Below are positions 9,985-21,544 of a DNA stretch of 64,000 nucleotides, piece after piece. This stretch comes from Fibrobacteria bacterium (GTDB taxonomy: Bacteria; Fibrobacterota; Fibrobacteria; UBA11236; JADFYW01): NCBI GenBank assembly GCA_050294405.1, contig JBNKOC010000028.1, positions 192,001-256,000 of the forward strand, read 5' to 3'. Under the pieces are notes generated by a model. It was not told where the DNA came from and did not search any database. It worked only from the letters and a program-made list of their open reading frames with translations. Numbering within the stretch: the first letter of the stretch is position 1; each line of letters begins with the position of its first letter. A program made the position numbers and the translations under genes.

Positions 9985-10261
9985 AGAAATTATTTCCAAA
10001 CCTTTGTTAACTGAAAAAAGCTCTACTTTGCGCTTTGATGAAAACCAATTTATTTTTCGGGTTCCAGCCAGTGCAAATAAAGTTGAAATAAAAAAGGCCG
10101 TGGAAACGCGCTTTAATGTGATTGTGGAAAATGTGAACACACTAAACAATCGCGGAAAAGTGAAAAACACACGTGGAATCAAAGGCAAACAGGCAAACTG
10201 GAAAAAAGCCTTTGTTAGAGTTAGAAAAGGGGATTCAATCCCAGAATTCGAGGGAGCTTAA
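9971..10261 (+). CDS. rplW: 50S ribosomal protein L23
   Basis: PLLTEKS, ANKVEIKKAVE, WKKAFV. GTG start. Confidence 0.97.
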   Translation: MKPLKEIISKPLLTEKSSTLRFDENQFIFRVPASANKVEIKKAVETRFNVIVENVNTLNNRGKVKNTRGIKGKQANWKKAFVRVRKGDSIPEFEGA

Positions 10262-10264
10262 CAC

Positions 10265-11101
10265 ATGCCAATGAAGTCTTACAGACCCCTGACTCCTGTT
10301 TTGAGGTTTAAAGAAACCTCAGACTTTTCTGAAATTACATCTTCAGCTCCATTCAAGTCATTGACTGTTGGAAAGAAGAAAATTTCCGGACGAAACAACC
10401 GTGGTATTATTACCATGCGCAGAAGAGGCGGCGGTCACAAACGCTTATATAGAATTGTCGATTTTAAACGGGACCGTAAGGATGTTAAAGCCATCGTTGA
10501 ATCCATTCAATACGATCCAAATCGCTCTGCAAATATCGCGCTAATTAAATATGTTGACGGCCAACGTCGATACATATTGGCTGCGGAAGAGCTCGCGGTT
10601 GGCCAAGAAATTGTAGCGAAAGAAAAAGCTCCAATTCAAATTGGAAATACCCTGGCTTTATCAGATATTCCCATCAACACTCTTATTCACAACATCGAAA
10701 TGAAACCCGGCAAAGGTGGCCAGGTGGCCAGAGCTGCCGGAACTGCAGCTGAAATTGTGGGTAAAGATGAAAGTTATGCCCAGGTAAAAATGCCATCTGG
10801 TGAAATCAGATTGTTTTTACTTGGATGCAGCGCCACTATTGGCCGCGTTGGAAATGTAGATCACAACAAAGTCATTAGCGGAAGCGCCGGTCGCAGCCGC
10901 TGGCTAGGCAAGCGTCCTAAAGTTAGGGGCGTAGCCATGAACCCCGTAGATCACCCAATGGGCGGTGGTGAAGGCAAAACTTCAGGTGGCGGTCATCCTG
11001 TTTCACCTTGGGGCGTTAAAGCCAAGGGGTTTAAAACAAGAAATAACAAGCGCACTGATAAAATGATTGTCAGCCGCAAACCTAAGAAGAGAGGAAGATA
11101 A
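10265..11101 (+). CDS. rplB: 50S ribosomal protein L2
   Basis: [30 protein letters not shown]. Confidence 0.98.
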   Translation: MPMKSYRPLTPVLRFKETSDFSEITSSAPFKSLTVGKKKISGRNNRGIITMRRRGGGHKRLYRIVDFKRDRKDVKAIVESIQYDPNRSANIALIKYVDGQRRYILAAEELAVGQEIVAKEKAPIQIGNTLALSDIPINTLIHNIEMKPGKGGQVARAAGTAAEIVGKDESYAQVKMPSGEIRLFLLGCSATIGRVGNVDHNKVISGSAGRSRWLGKRPKVRGVAMNPVDHPMGGGEGKTSGGGHPVSPWGVKAKGFKTRNNKRTDKMIVSRKPKKRGR

Positions 11102-11379
11102 TGACACGTTCGTTGAAAAAAGGTGCATTTGTAGACTCGCACTTGATGAAGAAAGTCAGCGCTATGAACGACTCTTCTAAAAGAACTCCAATTAAAAGTT
11201 GGAGTCGGCGTTCAACCATTACTCCTGATTTCGTAGGCAATACCATTGCTGTTCATAACGGAAAAACTTTCGTTCCCGTATATGTAAGTGAAAACATGGT
11301 GGGCCACAAGCTGGGGGAATTTTCTTTAACTCGCAATTTCCGCGGGCATGTAAAGAAAGAAAAGGCAAAGGGAAAATAA
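11101..11379 (+). CDS. rpsS: 30S ribosomal protein S19
   Basis: [22 protein letters not shown]. Confidence 0.98.
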   Translation: MTRSLKKGAFVDSHLMKKVSAMNDSSKRTPIKSWSRRSTITPDFVGNTIAVHNGKTFVPVYVSENMVGHKLGEFSLTRNFRGHVKKEKAKGK

Positions 11380-11382
11380 GCT

Positions 11383-11730
11383 ATGGAAGCAACGGCAAAG
11401 GCTAAATATTTAAGATGCTCCGCTCGCAAAATGCGGCAGGTAGCAGATATGATTCGCAATGAATCTGTAGATTCTGCCATCGCGCAATTGTTTTCACTCA
11501 AGAAAACCAAAAAATCTGCGCAAATGATGGAAAAAGTTTTGCAATCTGCAGTGGCAAACATTAAGGACAAAAATCCGGAAGCCAATTTGGAAAATGGTTC
11601 ATTGAAAGTGACCAAAATCCTGGTAGATGGAGGGCCGATTATTAAAAGAATCAGAGCCCGTGCTCAAGGTAGAGCCTACCGAATCGAAAAGAAATTGTGT
11701 CACTTAACCGTAGGCGTTTCCGAACAATAG
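11383..11730 (+). CDS. rplV: 50S ribosomal protein L22
   Basis: SARKMRQVAD, VDGGP, RAQGRA. Confidence 0.97.
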   Translation: MEATAKAKYLRCSARKMRQVADMIRNESVDSAIAQLFSLKKTKKSAQMMEKVLQSAVANIKDKNPEANLENGSLKVTKILVDGGPIIKRIRARAQGRAYRIEKKLCHLTVGVSEQ

Positions 11731-11748
11731 GAAACATAGGAGGATTTT

Positions 11749-12417
11749 TTGGGACAAAAGACTAATCCAATCGGTTTTAGACTGGGAGTAACCAGAACCT
11801 GGAATTCAATTTGGTTTGCCGGAAAAAATTTTGGCGACCTTCTTTATGAAGATATGGTTCTTCGCCGCTATTTGAAAAAGCGTATGGAACATGCCAGCAT
11901 TTCAAATATTGGTATTGAAAGAACCCCTAAGAAAGTAACCGTAAATTTGCACACCGCACGTCCGGGTATTGTTATCGGTAAAAAAGGCGAAGAAGTGGAA
12001 AGATTAAAAGGCGAGCTTCAGCACTTAACCGGTAAAGAAATTTATATCAACATCCGCGAAATCAAGCGCCCCGAAATTGACGCTCAATTGGTGGGAGATA
12101 ACATTGCTGCTCAATTGGTAAAACGCGTTGCTTTTAGAAGAGCCATGAAAAAAGCGGTTTCCAGCGCCATGCGTTTAGGAGCCGAAGGTATCAAGGTTCA
12201 ATTAGGTGGCCGTTTAGGCGGAGCAGAAATTGCCAGAACAGAAAAGTATGCCGAAGGCCGTTTGCCCTTGCATACATTGCGAGCTAAAATTGACTATGCT
12301 ACTTCCCGCGCAGAAACCACTGCTGGTACCATTGGTATTAAAGTATGGGTTTTTAAAGGCGAAGTTTTCAAAAAGGACGCAATTAGCGCCGGTCAAGAAG
12401 TGGTTGAAGGAGTTTAA
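11749..12417 (+). CDS. rpsC: 30S ribosomal protein S3
   Basis: [35 protein letters not shown] start. Confidence 0.98.
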   Translation: MGQKTNPIGFRLGVTRTWNSIWFAGKNFGDLLYEDMVLRRYLKKRMEHASISNIGIERTPKKVTVNLHTARPGIVIGKKGEEVERLKGELQHLTGKEIYINIREIKRPEIDAQLVGDNIAAQLVKRVAFRRAMKKAVSSAMRLGAEGIKVQLGGRLGGAEIARTEKYAEGRLPLHTLRAKIDYATSRAETTAGTIGIKVWVFKGEVFKKDAISAGQEVVEGV

Positions 12418-12422
12418 GCCCC

Positions 12423-12833
12423 ATGTTAAGTCCTAAAAGAGTAAGACATCGTAAAGTAATGAAAGGGCGCATGAAAGGCACCGCTAAGCGGGGCACTGAA
12501 ATCGCTTTTGGAGAATTTGGAATTAAAGCCCTTGAATCTTCCTGGGTGACCGAACGCCAGATTGAGGCTGCTCGTGTGGCCATGACCCGTAAAATTAAGC
12601 GCGGTGGAAAAATTTGGATTCGTATTTTCCCCGATAAGCCCTATACCAAAAAACCAGCAGAAACCCGTATGGGTTCCGGTAAAGGAAATCCAGAAGGTTG
12701 GGTTGCCGTGGTAAAAGCTGGCAGAATTATGTTTGAAATGAGTGGAGTAGGCAGAGAAGAAGCGGTGGATGCGTTGAAAGTTGCCGCTCAAAAGTTGCCT
12801 ATTAAAACCACTATAGCCGAGGTATTGGAATAA
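12423..12833 (+). CDS. rplP: 50S ribosomal protein L16
   Basis: [24 protein letters not shown]. Confidence 0.98.
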   Translation: MLSPKRVRHRKVMKGRMKGTAKRGTEIAFGEFGIKALESSWVTERQIEAARVAMTRKIKRGGKIWIRIFPDKPYTKKPAETRMGSGKGNPEGWVAVVKAGRIMFEMSGVGREEAVDALKVAAQKLPIKTTIAEVLE

Positions 12834-13042
12834 TGGCAAAAGTAGCTGAATATAGAGAAATGGATGTTAGCGGCTTAAAGAACGCCCTGAACGAAATGGA
12901 AAATGAATTGTTTGACCTTAAGTTCCAGGCTGCCCTGTCCAAGTTAGAGAATGTATCTCTAATCAAAACAAAAAGACGGGACATTGCCCGTCTTAAGACC
13001 ATCATTCAAGAAAAGCAAACTGCTTCAAGAGGTGATAAATGA
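12833..13042 (+). CDS. rpmC: 50S ribosomal protein L29
   Basis: [17 protein letters not shown], and position in the cluster. Confidence 0.95.
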   Translation: MAKVAEYREMDVSGLKNALNEMENELFDLKFQAALSKLENVSLIKTKRRDIARLKTIIQEKQTASRGDK

Positions 13043-13329
13043 GCGCTGATGCGACAAAAGAAGCCGGAACAACTCAAAGAAGTTCAAACCGCAAAGTTCG
13101 TACAGGAATAGTGTCCAGCGACAAAATGGATAAAACTATTGTTATCGAAATTAAAATGCGTAAGAAACATCCTTTGTACGGAAAAACTATTCCTGCTACA
13201 AAGAAAATTTATGCCCACGACCCTGAAAATCAAGCTGAAGAAGGTGATTTGGTTGAGGTTATGGAAACTCGTCCCTTGAGCAAAACCAAGTGCTGGCGAT
13301 TGATAAAAATTTTAGAAAAGAAGAAATAG
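13039..13329 (+). CDS. rpsQ: 30S ribosomal protein S17
   Basis: [24 protein letters not shown]. Confidence 0.97.
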   Translation: MSADATKEAGTTQRSSNRKVRTGIVSSDKMDKTIVIEIKMRKKHPLYGKTIPATKKIYAHDPENQAEEGDLVEVMETRPLSKTKCWRLIKILEKKK

Positions 13330-13343
13330 TCGGAGACTGACTG

Positions 13344-13712
13344 ATGATACAAATGCAAACAAAATTAGCTGTTGCGGATAACTCCGGCGCCAAAGAAGCC
13401 CAGTGCATTAAGGTTCTAGGTGGATCTAAACGCCGCTATGCTTCCTTGGGTGACATTATTGTGGTGTCCATTAAAAATGCCATTCCTGGGGGCAACGTTA
13501 AAAAAGGCGCTGTGCGCAAAGCCGTAGTGGTTCGCACTAAAAAAGAAGTGAAACGCAAAGACGGATCCGCTATTCGCTTCGGCGACAATGCTGTGGTATT
13601 GGTTAACGAAAGCGGCGAGCCCCAGGCCACGCGTATTTTTGGACCTGTTGCCAGAGAACTGCGGGAAAAGAATTTTATGAAAATTGTTTCCCTTGCTGTG
13701 GAGGTAATTTAA
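13344..13712 (+). CDS. rplN: 50S ribosomal protein L14
   Basis: [18 protein letters not shown]. Confidence 0.98.
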   Translation: MIQMQTKLAVADNSGAKEAQCIKVLGGSKRRYASLGDIIVVSIKNAIPGGNVKKGAVRKAVVVRTKKEVKRKDGSAIRFGDNAVVLVNESGEPQATRIFGPVARELREKNFMKIVSLAVEVI

Positions 13713-14033
13713 TTGAAAACAAATTTTAAAAAAGAAGACATGGTGCAAGTTATCAGCGGTAAAGCAAAAGGCCGCTCCGGTAAAGTGCTCAGAGTTTTAA
13801 AAAGCAAAGGTGCTTTGGTTGTTGAAGGTATTAACAAAGCCAAAAAACACGAAAAGCCAAATCAGAACAATGAAAAGGGCGGAATTGTAGATAAGGAAAT
13901 GCCCATTAACATTTCCAATGTGATGTTAATTAGCCCTAAAACAAACAAGCCTATTAAAGTTACACGCAAAAAAATGGAAAATGGGAAAAATGTTCGGGTA
14001 GACAAAAAAACCGGAAAACCCATAGACGCATAA
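13713..14033 (+). CDS. rplX: 50S ribosomal protein L24
   Basis: [11 protein letters not shown] motif, [12 protein letters not shown] start. Confidence 0.97.
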   Translation: MKTNFKKEDMVQVISGKAKGRSGKVLRVLKSKGALVVEGINKAKKHEKPNQNNEKGGIVDKEMPINISNVMLISPKTNKPIKVTRKKMENGKNVRVDKKTGKPIDA

Positions 14034-14052
14034 AAAGCAGTTAGGTAAAAAA

Positions 14053-14598
14053 ATGTCGATGACTTTATTAAAAGATAAATATAAAAAGGAAATTATTCCT
14101 CACCTGAAAGACAAGCTCCAGGTGGCTAATGTTATGCAGGTTCCCCGCCTCAAAAAAATTGTTTTGAACATGGGCGTAGGACAGGCTACACAAAATTCAA
14201 AGCTTATTGATGAAGCTGTGAATACATTAACAGTTATCACAGGCCAAAAAGCTCAGGTTACGCGGGCTAAAAAAGCCATTTCAAATTTTAAGCTTCGCGA
14301 GGGATTGCCCATTGGCGCCAAGGTTACTCTTCACGGCGATATTATGTGGGAATTTTTGGAAAGGCTTATTAACTTTGCCCTTCCCCGTGTGAAAGATTTT
14401 AAAGGTATATCCAACAAAAGCTTTGATGGCCGTGGAAACTACACTTTGGGAATCAAAGAACAAATCATTTTTCTGGAAGTGGACTATGATAAAGTTTCCA
14501 GATTGATGGGAATGGATATCAGTTTTGTAACCAGCGCTGTGAATAATGAAGCATGTAAAGAGTTGCTAGCCAGCTTGGGAATGCCGTTTAGGAAATAA
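14053..14598 (+). CDS. rplE: 50S ribosomal protein L5
   Basis: [21 protein letters not shown]. Confidence 0.98.
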   Translation: MSMTLLKDKYKKEIIPHLKDKLQVANVMQVPRLKKIVLNMGVGQATQNSKLIDEAVNTLTVITGQKAQVTRAKKAISNFKLREGLPIGAKVTLHGDIMWEFLERLINFALPRVKDFKGISNKSFDGRGNYTLGIKEQIIFLEVDYDKVSRLMGMDISFVTSAVNNEACKELLASLGMPFRK

Positions 14599-14616
14599 TA
14601 AAAGAGCAAGGATTTT

Positions 14617-14802
14617 ATGGCAAAAAGATCATTAATTGAAAAAAGCAAAAGAACCCCTAAGTATGCGGTTCGCCAACACAATCGCTGTCGCCGTTGTGGC
14701 CGTCCTAAGGCTTACATCCGTCAGTTTGGTATTTGCAGAATATGTTTCCGTGAATTGGCTCTTTTGGGCGAAATTCCCGGTGTGACAAAATCCAGTTGGT
14801 AA
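14617..14802 (+). CDS. rpsN: 30S ribosomal protein S14, short zinc-binding type
   Basis: 61 aa with CRRCGRP...CRICFRE. Confidence 0.97.
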   Translation: MAKRSLIEKSKRTPKYAVRQHNRCRRCGRPKAYIRQFGICRICFRELALLGEIPGVTKSSW

Positions 14803-14831
14803 TTTTAAGGAATTAAAAAAGAGAGAAAAAC

Positions 14832-15224
14832 ATGAATACAGATCCTATTGCAGATATGCTAACCCGGATTCGCAATGCCTTAATGGTGGGCAAAGCAACT
14901 GTTCAAATGCCTGCTTCAAATCTTAAAAGAGAAATATTAAAGATTTTGGTTAAAGAAGGCTATGTCAAGAAGTTTGTTATTGTTGATGATGGCAAGCAGG
15001 GTCAAATTAAGTTAATGCTGAAATATGACGGTAGCACTCCCGCTATTCAAGGCCTTAAAAAAGTAAGCCGTGGCGGACTACGTCAGTACAGCAAAAAAGT
15101 AAACATCCCTAAAACCCTTAATGGTTTGGGTCTCACAATCTTATCCACTTCATCCGGTGTAATGACTGACAGAGAAGCACGCGAAAAAAATTGCGGCGGC
15201 GAAGTTTTGTGTCAGGTTTGGTAG
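14832..15224 (+). CDS. rpsH: 30S ribosomal protein S8
   Basis: DPIADMLTRIRN, STSSGVMTD, GGEV. Confidence 0.98.
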   Translation: MNTDPIADMLTRIRNALMVGKATVQMPASNLKREILKILVKEGYVKKFVIVDDGKQGQIKLMLKYDGSTPAIQGLKKVSRGGLRQYSKKVNIPKTLNGLGLTILSTSSGVMTDREAREKNCGGEVLCQVW

Positions 15225-15231
15225 GTAGAAA

Positions 15232-15765
15232 ATGTCAAGAGTAGGCAAGGCAATAATTGAAATTCCCGAAAAAGTTGAAATTAAAGTCAACGGGAAAAAC
15301 ATCGATGTAAAAGGCCCAAAAGGATCTTTATCTTACAGGGTTCATGATTTTATCGATATTGAATTGAGCGATAAGGAATTGACTTTTAAGCGTCATTCCG
15401 ACAATAACGAACACAAATCCCTTCATGGAACCACAAGAGCTAATGTGGCAAACATGGTAAAAGGGGTTTCCGAGGGTTTCCAAAAAGAATTGGAAATTAT
15501 CGGCGTTGGTTATCGCGGTGAACAAAAAGGAAAAAATATCAACTTCCTGCTTGGATTCTCCCATCACGTTTTGGTTGAACCTCCTGAAGGCATTGAGCTT
15601 AAAATGGAAGGCAATACCAAAGTGGTAATAAGCGGAATCGACAAACAGTTGGTAGGCCAGGTGGCAGCAAACATCCGTAAGTATCGTCAGCCTGAACCAT
15701 ATAAAGGTAAAGGTATTCGCTATGCTAACGAACATGTTCGCAGAAAGGAAGTTAAGAAATCGTAA
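15232..15765 (+). CDS. rplF: 50S ribosomal protein L6
   Basis: MSRVGK, GVGYR, PEPYKGKGIRY. Confidence 0.98.
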   Translation: MSRVGKAIIEIPEKVEIKVNGKNIDVKGPKGSLSYRVHDFIDIELSDKELTFKRHSDNNEHKSLHGTTRANVANMVKGVSEGFQKELEIIGVGYRGEQKGKNINFLLGFSHHVLVEPPEGIELKMEGNTKVVISGIDKQLVGQVAANIRKYRQPEPYKGKGIRYANEHVRRKEVKKS

Positions 15766-15786
15766 TTTTACGGTTGAGGCATAAAA

Positions 15787-16158
15787 ATGGAAGATATTGC
15801 AAAAACAAGAGTAAAAATCAGAAAATCCCGCCACAATCGCGTCCGTCAGATTGTGACTGGCACCAGTGATCGCCCTCGCCTTTGTGTGAGAAGAAGCCTT
15901 AAACATGCATACGCCCAAATTGTGGATGATGTTTCCGGCCAATCCATTGCTTTGGTTTCCACTCAGTCCAAAGAGTTGGCTAAGGAAATAAAGGGCAAAA
16001 CCAAAATTGAGGCCTCTAAAATTATTGGCCAGAAAATTGGTGAAATTGCCAAGGAAAAGGGAATCGAAAAAGTAGTTTTTGACCGCGGCGGATATTTGTA
16101 TCACGGTCGTATTAAAGCCCTGGCTGATTCTGCCAGAGAAGCTGGTTTGGTATTTTAA
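15787..16158 (+). CDS. rplR: 50S ribosomal protein L18
   Basis: [22 protein letters not shown]. Confidence 0.98.
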   Translation: MEDIAKTRVKIRKSRHNRVRQIVTGTSDRPRLCVRRSLKHAYAQIVDDVSGQSIALVSTQSKELAKEIKGKTKIEASKIIGQKIGEIAKEKGIEKVVFDRGGYLYHGRIKALADSAREAGLVF

Positions 16159-16173
16159 TTAGAGGAGTTCCTT

Positions 16174-16647
16174 TTGGAAGCAGAAAAAATTGAATTTCAG
16201 GAACGAGTAGTCTCCATTAACCGTTGCGCTAAAGTTGTAAAAGGCGGACGTAGATTTTCTTTCAGTGCCCTGGTTGTAGTGGGCGATGGCCATGGCCGTG
16301 TGGGTATTGGTCTTGGAAAAGCAAAAGATGTTTCCGAAGCTATTCGCAAAGGAACTGAAAGCGCCCATAAAAATGTTACAGATGTGGTACTTCACAATCA
16401 AACTATTCCTCACGAAACCGTGGGTGAATTTGGTGCGGTAAAAATTTTAATGCGCCCAGCCTCACAGGGAACAGGCGTAATAGCTGGCGGTTCTGCACGC
16501 GCTGTGTTGGAATTGGCCGGTGTGCATAATATATTGACCAAGGTATTTGGTTCTACAAATCCCAGCAATGTGGTTAAAGCTACATTAGCCGGACTTAGAG
16601 CCCAAAAATCCAAAGAGCAGTTTCACTTGTTGCGTAAGGCATCCTAA
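16174..16647 (+). CDS. rpsE: 30S ribosomal protein S5
   Basis: [30 protein letters not shown] start. Confidence 0.98.
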   Translation: MEAEKIEFQERVVSINRCAKVVKGGRRFSFSALVVVGDGHGRVGIGLGKAKDVSEAIRKGTESAHKNVTDVVLHNQTIPHETVGEFGAVKILMRPASQGTGVIAGGSARAVLELAGVHNILTKVFGSTNPSNVVKATLAGLRAQKSKEQFHLLRKAS

Positions 16648-16665
16648 CTGCTAAAGGAATAAAAA

Positions 16666-16851
16666 ATGTCAGGAAAATTGAAAATAACACAAGTTAAAAG
16701 CAAAATCAGACAGCTTGCTTCTAAAAGAAAAACCTTGGAAGCGCTGGGATTAACAAAAATTGGAAAAACAGTTGTGCACAACGACACTCCCGAAATTCAG
16801 GGAATGGTTCGTTCAGTTGCCCATTTAGTGACTGTTGAGGAACAAAAATGA
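16666..16851 (+). CDS. rpmD: 50S ribosomal protein L30
   Basis: KITQVKS, TLEALGL, GMV...V.HLV. Confidence 0.96.
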   Translation: MSGKLKITQVKSKIRQLASKRKTLEALGLTKIGKTVVHNDTPEIQGMVRSVAHLVTVEEQK

Positions 16852-17285
16852 ATTTATCTACTTTAAGGCCTGCTGAAGGCTCCCGAAAAGTTGCCAAAAG
16901 AAAAGGTCGTGGACCTGGTTCTAATTTGGGTAAAACCTCTGGCCGTGGTCAAAAAGGTGCCGGAGCGAGAAAAAGTAATGGAATTCCTGCCGGATTTGAA
17001 GGCGGACAAATGCCTTTGCAAAAACGGGTTCCCAAACGCGGATTCCGTTCTCATTTTCCCAACGACACTCAAATCGTTAACATTCAGGATTTGGAAAAGC
17101 GTTGCGAAGGAACAGTAACTAACGAAGAACTTTTTAAAGTCGGACTTATTCGAAAATTGGATAAGCCAGTTAAAATTTTAGGTTATGGCAAGCTGTCCAA
17201 GGCTCTTAATGTAAAAGTTGCAAAATACAGCGCATCAGCAAAATCTGCTATTGAAGCAGCTAAAGGTGTAGCGGAGGTTATCTAA
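16848..17285 (+). CDS. rplO: 50S ribosomal protein L15
   Basis: GKTSGRGQKG, FEGGQMPL, PKRGF. Confidence 0.98.
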   Translation: MNLSTLRPAEGSRKVAKRKGRGPGSNLGKTSGRGQKGAGARKSNGIPAGFEGGQMPLQKRVPKRGFRSHFPNDTQIVNIQDLEKRCEGTVTNEELFKVGLIRKLDKPVKILGYGKLSKALNVKVAKYSASAKSAIEAAKGVAEVI

Positions 17286-18614
17286 TTGCAGACGTTAAGC
17301 GGCTTTGCAAATATTTGGAAGATTAAGGATTTAAGATCCAGAATTTTATTTACTCTGGGAATCCTTTTCGTTTACCGTTTGGGCGGCCACATTCCGGTGC
17401 CCGGCGTTAATGCAGCTGCCTTGTCTAGCTTTTTTAGTTCTGATTCTAATAACATGTTCAGCCTCTACAATACCTTTGTGGGAGGCGCCTTATCCCGTGC
17501 ATCTATTTTTTCTTTGGGTATTATGCCCTACATTACCGCGTCTATTATTATCCAACTTATGGGGACTGTGGTCCCTAAAATTGCTGAACTGCAAAAAATG
17601 GGAACTGAAGGACGCAATAAACTGACCCAATGGACACGCTACGGCACTATTCTTATTACTATGGTTCAATCTATAGGTATTAGCACTTGGCTGTTTGGTC
17701 AAAAAACAGCTCTGGGAGAAAGTCTTGTGGTGGCAGGCATTGGAAAGTTTAGCTTTATTGCCTTAACGACTTTAACGCTCACCACCGGAACCATTTTTAT
17801 CATGTGGTTAGGTGAGCAAATAACAGCCCGCGGAATTGGAAACGGTATTTCCCTTATCATCTTTATTGGTATTATCGCACAAGTTCCTGTGGCCATTATG
17901 AATGAATGGGAAATGTTCATCAACCAAGAACATTCTCTTGCCATGGAAATGATAATTTTGGCTGTAGTGATAAGCATAATCATGTTTATCATCTATATAG
18001 ACCAGGGTACCCGGCGAATCCCGCTACAAAGTCCAAGGCGCGTTGTGGGCCGCAAGGTAATGGGTGGCCAGTCCAGCTTTTTGCCTTTAAAAGTAAACAC
18101 CGCAGGAGTGATGCCTGTGATTTTTGCCTCAGCCATTATGTTTTTGCCTGCTCAATTAGTGGCATTTTTCCCTAATTGGCAAACAGGCCAGGCTATTGGC
18201 CGTTCCATGCTCCCTGGGGAATGGGGCTATTCCATTGTTTATGTGGTTTTAATTGTATTTTTTACCTATTTCTATACGGCCATTCAGTACAATCCTACGG
18301 AAATTGCTGAAAATTTAAAGAAGTCTGGCGGGTTTATTCCAGGCGTTCGTCCGGGTCGTAAAACAGCTGAATTTATTGATGTGATTTTAACAAGGGTTAC
18401 TCTGACCTGCGCCATTTTCTTGGCTTTCATCAGTGTAGGCCCTTTCTATTTGAAAGATAGTCTTAATATGTCCTTTTATATTGGTGGAACCAGTGTTTTG
18501 ATTTGCATTGGAGTTGCCCTGGAAACACTTAGGCAGTTTCAAAGCCGCCTTCAGGAACAAAATTATGAAGGTTTCATGAAACGCGGGAAAATCAGAGGTA
18601 GAAGGAAGTATTAA
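17286..18614 (+). CDS. secY: Preprotein translocase subunit SecY
   Basis: [40 protein letters not shown] start. Confidence 0.98.
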   Translation: MQTLSGFANIWKIKDLRSRILFTLGILFVYRLGGHIPVPGVNAAALSSFFSSDSNNMFSLYNTFVGGALSRASIFSLGIMPYITASIIIQLMGTVVPKIAELQKMGTEGRNKLTQWTRYGTILITMVQSIGISTWLFGQKTALGESLVVAGIGKFSFIALTTLTLTTGTIFIMWLGEQITARGIGNGISLIIFIGIIAQVPVAIMNEWEMFINQEHSLAMEMIILAVVISIIMFIIYIDQGTRRIPLQSPRRVVGRKVMGGQSSFLPLKVNTAGVMPVIFASAIMFLPAQLVAFFPNWQTGQAIGRSMLPGEWGYSIVYVVLIVFFTYFYTAIQYNPTEIAENLKKSGGFIPGVRPGRKTAEFIDVILTRVTLTCAIFLAFISVGPFYLKDSLNMSFYIGGTSVLICIGVALETLRQFQSRLQEQNYEGFMKRGKIRGRRKY

Positions 18615-18832
18615 TGGCAAAGCAAGAAGGAATTCAGGTTGAGGGAAAAGTGGTCAAATCATTGCCAAATGCGACTTTTATCGTCCAATTGGATAATGGC
18701 CACGAAATCCTGGCCCATATTTCCGGTACTATGAGAAAACACTATATCAGAATTTTACCAGATGATAGAGTTTTAGTAGAATTATCTCCCTATGATCTGA
18801 CAAGAGGCAGAATTACCTATCGTCACAAATAG
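18614..18832 (+). CDS. infA: Translation initiation factor IF-1
   Basis: [24 protein letters not shown]. Confidence 0.98.
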   Translation: MAKQEGIQVEGKVVKSLPNATFIVQLDNGHEILAHISGTMRKHYIRILPDDRVLVELSPYDLTRGRITYRHK

Positions 18833-18853
18833 GGTAAAAAGAGGTTAAAAACT

Positions 18854-18970
18854 ATGAGAGTGAGAGCATCAGTTAAAAAAAGGTGTGAAGACTGCAAAGT
18901 CATCCGCCGCAAAGGTATTATCCGGGTGATTTGCAAAAAAAATCCCCGGCACAATCAGAGGCAAGGATAA
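18854..18970 (+). CDS. rpmJ: 50S ribosomal protein L36 (zinc type)
   Basis: Below the ORF-track size limit. Manual translation: [38 protein letters not shown]. Confidence 0.97.
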   Translation: MRVRASVKKRCEDCKVIRRKGIIRVICKKNPRHNQRQG

Positions 18971-18973
18971 GAT

Positions 18974-19342
18974 ATGGCGAGATTAGCGGGTGTTGATTTA
19001 CCTGATAACAAAAAAAGTGAAATTGGCCTAACATACATATTTGGTATTGGCCGCAAAACAGCAATCGATATTTTGGCTTTGGCCGAAATTGATCCAAGCA
19101 CAAAAGTTGGAGATTTATCTGGCGATGATATCGGTCGTTTAAGAAAAATAATTGAAAAAAATTATGTAATTGAAGGTGATTTGCGCACTCAGGTGTCTAT
19201 GAACATCAAACGTTTAGTAGATATCGGATGTTACAGAGGCATTCGCCATAGAAAAAATCTTCCTGTTAGAGGACAAAACACGCAAACCAATGCCCGGACC
19301 AGAAAAGGTCCCCGTAAAACTGTAGCAGGCAAGAAGAAATAA
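18974..19342 (+). CDS. rpsM: 30S ribosomal protein S13
   Basis: [26 protein letters not shown]. Confidence 0.98.
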   Translation: MARLAGVDLPDNKKSEIGLTYIFGIGRKTAIDILALAEIDPSTKVGDLSGDDIGRLRKIIEKNYVIEGDLRTQVSMNIKRLVDIGCYRGIRHRKNLPVRGQNTQTNARTRKGPRKTVAGKKK

Positions 19343-19354
19343 GGATTAATAAAT

Positions 19355-19798
19355 ATGGCTGAAGAAAAAACTGAAGCAACTGTTGAATCTGCTGAAGCTC
19401 CAAAAGCTAGCGCAGAACCAAAAATCAAAGTTAAAAAAGGCAAAAAGCGCGCCGATGTTAGTGGCAAATGCGCTGTTCATGCGACTTTCAATAATACTAT
19501 TGTGACCATAACAGATGTTAGTGGGAATGTGGTTAGTTGGGGCTCTGCAGGAAAAGCCGGAATTAAGGGATCAAGGAAAAGCACTCCATTTGCAGCGCAA
19601 CTCGCCGGAGAAATCGCAGCAAAAGCCGCTATGGAATTGGGAATGCGCCGGGTTGATGTTACTGTTAAAGGCGCTGGCCCCGGCCGCGAATCAGCTGTTC
19701 GCTCCTTGAAATCTGCCGGAATGGAAATTTTATCCATTAGAGATATGACTGGTATTCCTCACAACGGTTGCCGTCCCAAAAAGAAAAGAAGAGTATAG
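19355..19798 (+). CDS. rpsK: 30S ribosomal protein S11 (N-terminal extension)
   Basis: [26 protein letters not shown]. Confidence 0.98.
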   Translation: MAEEKTEATVESAEAPKASAEPKIKVKKGKKRADVSGKCAVHATFNNTIVTITDVSGNVVSWGSAGKAGIKGSRKSTPFAAQLAGEIAAKAAMELGMRRVDVTVKGAGPGRESAVRSLKSAGMEILSIRDMTGIPHNGCRPKKKRRV

Positions 19799-19832
19799 AT
19801 TTAAGACTTAACCAAACCTTGGAGTTTAACCT

Positions 19833-20810
19833 ATGAAATGGAAAGCACTTCCAATGCCAGAAGGCATCACTAAAGATGCCTCGAGCAATGCAAAATACGG
19901 AAAATTTGTAATTGAGCCACTTGAAAGAGGCTGGGGAATTACAATTGGAAATGCCTTACGCCGGATTATGTTGTCCAGCCTTCAGGGTGCAGCGGTTGTC
20001 GCTGTCCGTATTGAAGGTATCTCACATGAATTTGACACCATTGAAGGTGTTAAAGAAGATGTTGCTGAAATTATTTTGAATTTGAAAAAGCTTAGAGTAA
20101 AGCTCCTTTCAAATGAAACATCAACTTTGCGTCTGGATGTATCCGGTGAAGGCGATGTGGTTGCAGCCAATATTGAAGAGAATCCTGATGTGGAAATTTT
20201 GAACCCTGATTTGCATATCGCTACTTTGGGAGACAACGGAAACCTATCCATGGAAATCCGAATTGCCGATGGACGCGGTTATGTAAGTTCAGAAGAACTC
20301 AAAAATGAAGAGGACCCTATTGGTGTTATTCCAGTGGATGCCGACTTCTCCCCTGTAACTAAAGTTGCCTTTGAAGTTGTAGATACCCGTGTAGGCCAAA
20401 GAACTGATTTTAACTCTTTGCGCATGGAAATCTGGACCGACGGCAGCCTTGAACCTGAAGATGCCATGGCTTATGCTGCAAAACTAATGGTGGACCACCT
20501 TGAAGTGTTCATCAATTTTGAAGGCGAATTGGAATCCGCGCAGGAAGTGGTTCAGGACGACGAAACAGAAAGATTAAAAGCCTTGTTTAAAATGCGGGTA
20601 GACGAATTGGAGCTTTCCGTTCGTTCCAGCAATTGTTTAAGGCTTGCCAATATTCACACTATTGGCGACTTGGTAAAAAATCCCGAATCCGATATGTTGA
20701 AATACAAAAATTTTGGCCGCAAATCTTTAATCGAATTGAGCGAGGTTTTGGCTAACTTAGGACTTCACTTCGGTATGGAAGTAGACAAAATTCTTGGCCC
20801 TAATGGCTAG
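19833..20810 (+). CDS. rpoA: RNA polymerase subunit alpha
   Basis: [34 protein letters not shown]. Confidence 0.98.
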   Translation: MKWKALPMPEGITKDASSNAKYGKFVIEPLERGWGITIGNALRRIMLSSLQGAAVVAVRIEGISHEFDTIEGVKEDVAEIILNLKKLRVKLLSNETSTLRLDVSGEGDVVAANIEENPDVEILNPDLHIATLGDNGNLSMEIRIADGRGYVSSEELKNEEDPIGVIPVDADFSPVTKVAFEVVDTRVGQRTDFNSLRMEIWTDGSLEPEDAMAYAAKLMVDHLEVFINFEGELESAQEVVQDDETERLKALFKMRVDELELSVRSSNCLRLANIHTIGDLVKNPESDMLKYKNFGRKSLIELSEVLANLGLHFGMEVDKILGPNG

Positions 20811-20834
20811 GATTTAACACAGGAAATTGAAATT

Positions 20835-21386
20835 ATGAGACACGGCAATAAGCTAAATCATTTGGGTAGGGAATCATCCCACCGCAAAATGATGCTGAAT
20901 AATCTGGCAACTTCAATTTTATTGAGTGGCCTTAAGGAAGAACAAATGGAGCGCCAGGTGCGCACTACTTTGCCCAAAGCCAAAGCGGTAAGAGGCTTGG
21001 TTGACAGATTAATAACCTATGGCAAAAAGGGCGATTTGTCTGCAAAAAGGCAGGCAGCTCGTTTTGTAAAAGATAAAGAAGCTTTTAAAGGGCTCTTTTC
21101 TACCCTTGGTGAGCGCTATAAAGAAAGGGATGGCGGTTATACCCGTATTTTAAAACTTTCCAGCAACCGTCATGGCGATAACGCGGAAATGGCAATTATC
21201 ACCTTGGTGGAAGATGAACTGGTTAAAAAGAAAAAGAAAAAAGCTGCTAAAAAGAAAAAAGCAGCACCCAAGGCCGCAGAAGCTAAAGTTGAAGAAACAG
21301 TAGCTCCCCAGCCTGAAGCAGCCGAAGAGCCAAAAGCTGCTGCGGAAGAAACCAGCGAGAAAAAATCGGAAGACAAAGCTGAATAA
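20835..21386 (+). CDS. rplQ: 50S ribosomal protein L17 with insertion and Lys/Ala/Glu-rich tail
   Basis: MRHG, TTLPKAK, RDGGYTRI, GDNA. Confidence 0.97.
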   Translation: MRHGNKLNHLGRESSHRKMMLNNLATSILLSGLKEEQMERQVRTTLPKAKAVRGLVDRLITYGKKGDLSAKRQAARFVKDKEAFKGLFSTLGERYKERDGGYTRILKLSSNRHGDNAEMAIITLVEDELVKKKKKKAAKKKKAAPKAAEAKVEETVAPQPEAAEEPKAAAEETSEKKSEDKAE

Positions 21387-21405
21387 TTTTTCGCACTAAT
21401 GTTTT

Positions 21406-21436
21406 AAAGGGCACCTTTTTTAGGTGCCTTTTTTAT
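21406..21436 (+). terminator. Rho-independent terminator of the ribosomal protein cluster
   Basis: AAAGGGCACC-loop-GGTGCCTTTT followed by a T run. Confidence 0.85.
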
Positions 21437-21544
21437 TGGAGTTAAAGTTATCTCAGAGGAAGATAAAAATGCAGGCTCCATTCAATACCCGGCAAAAACG
21501 CAGAATAATTCATTATATATTATGTTAATGAGAAAAGCAGAATT

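Noticed and set aside
15328..16104. 258-aa antisense ORF over rplF/rplR and similar shadow ORFs
   Set aside because: Opposite strand of conserved genes, with no motifs or RBS.
21503..21530. dif-like site (TTATGTTAA)
   Set aside because: Only part of the XerD arm matches; the XerC arm and spacing do not fit. More likely AT-rich uvrC promoter sequence.
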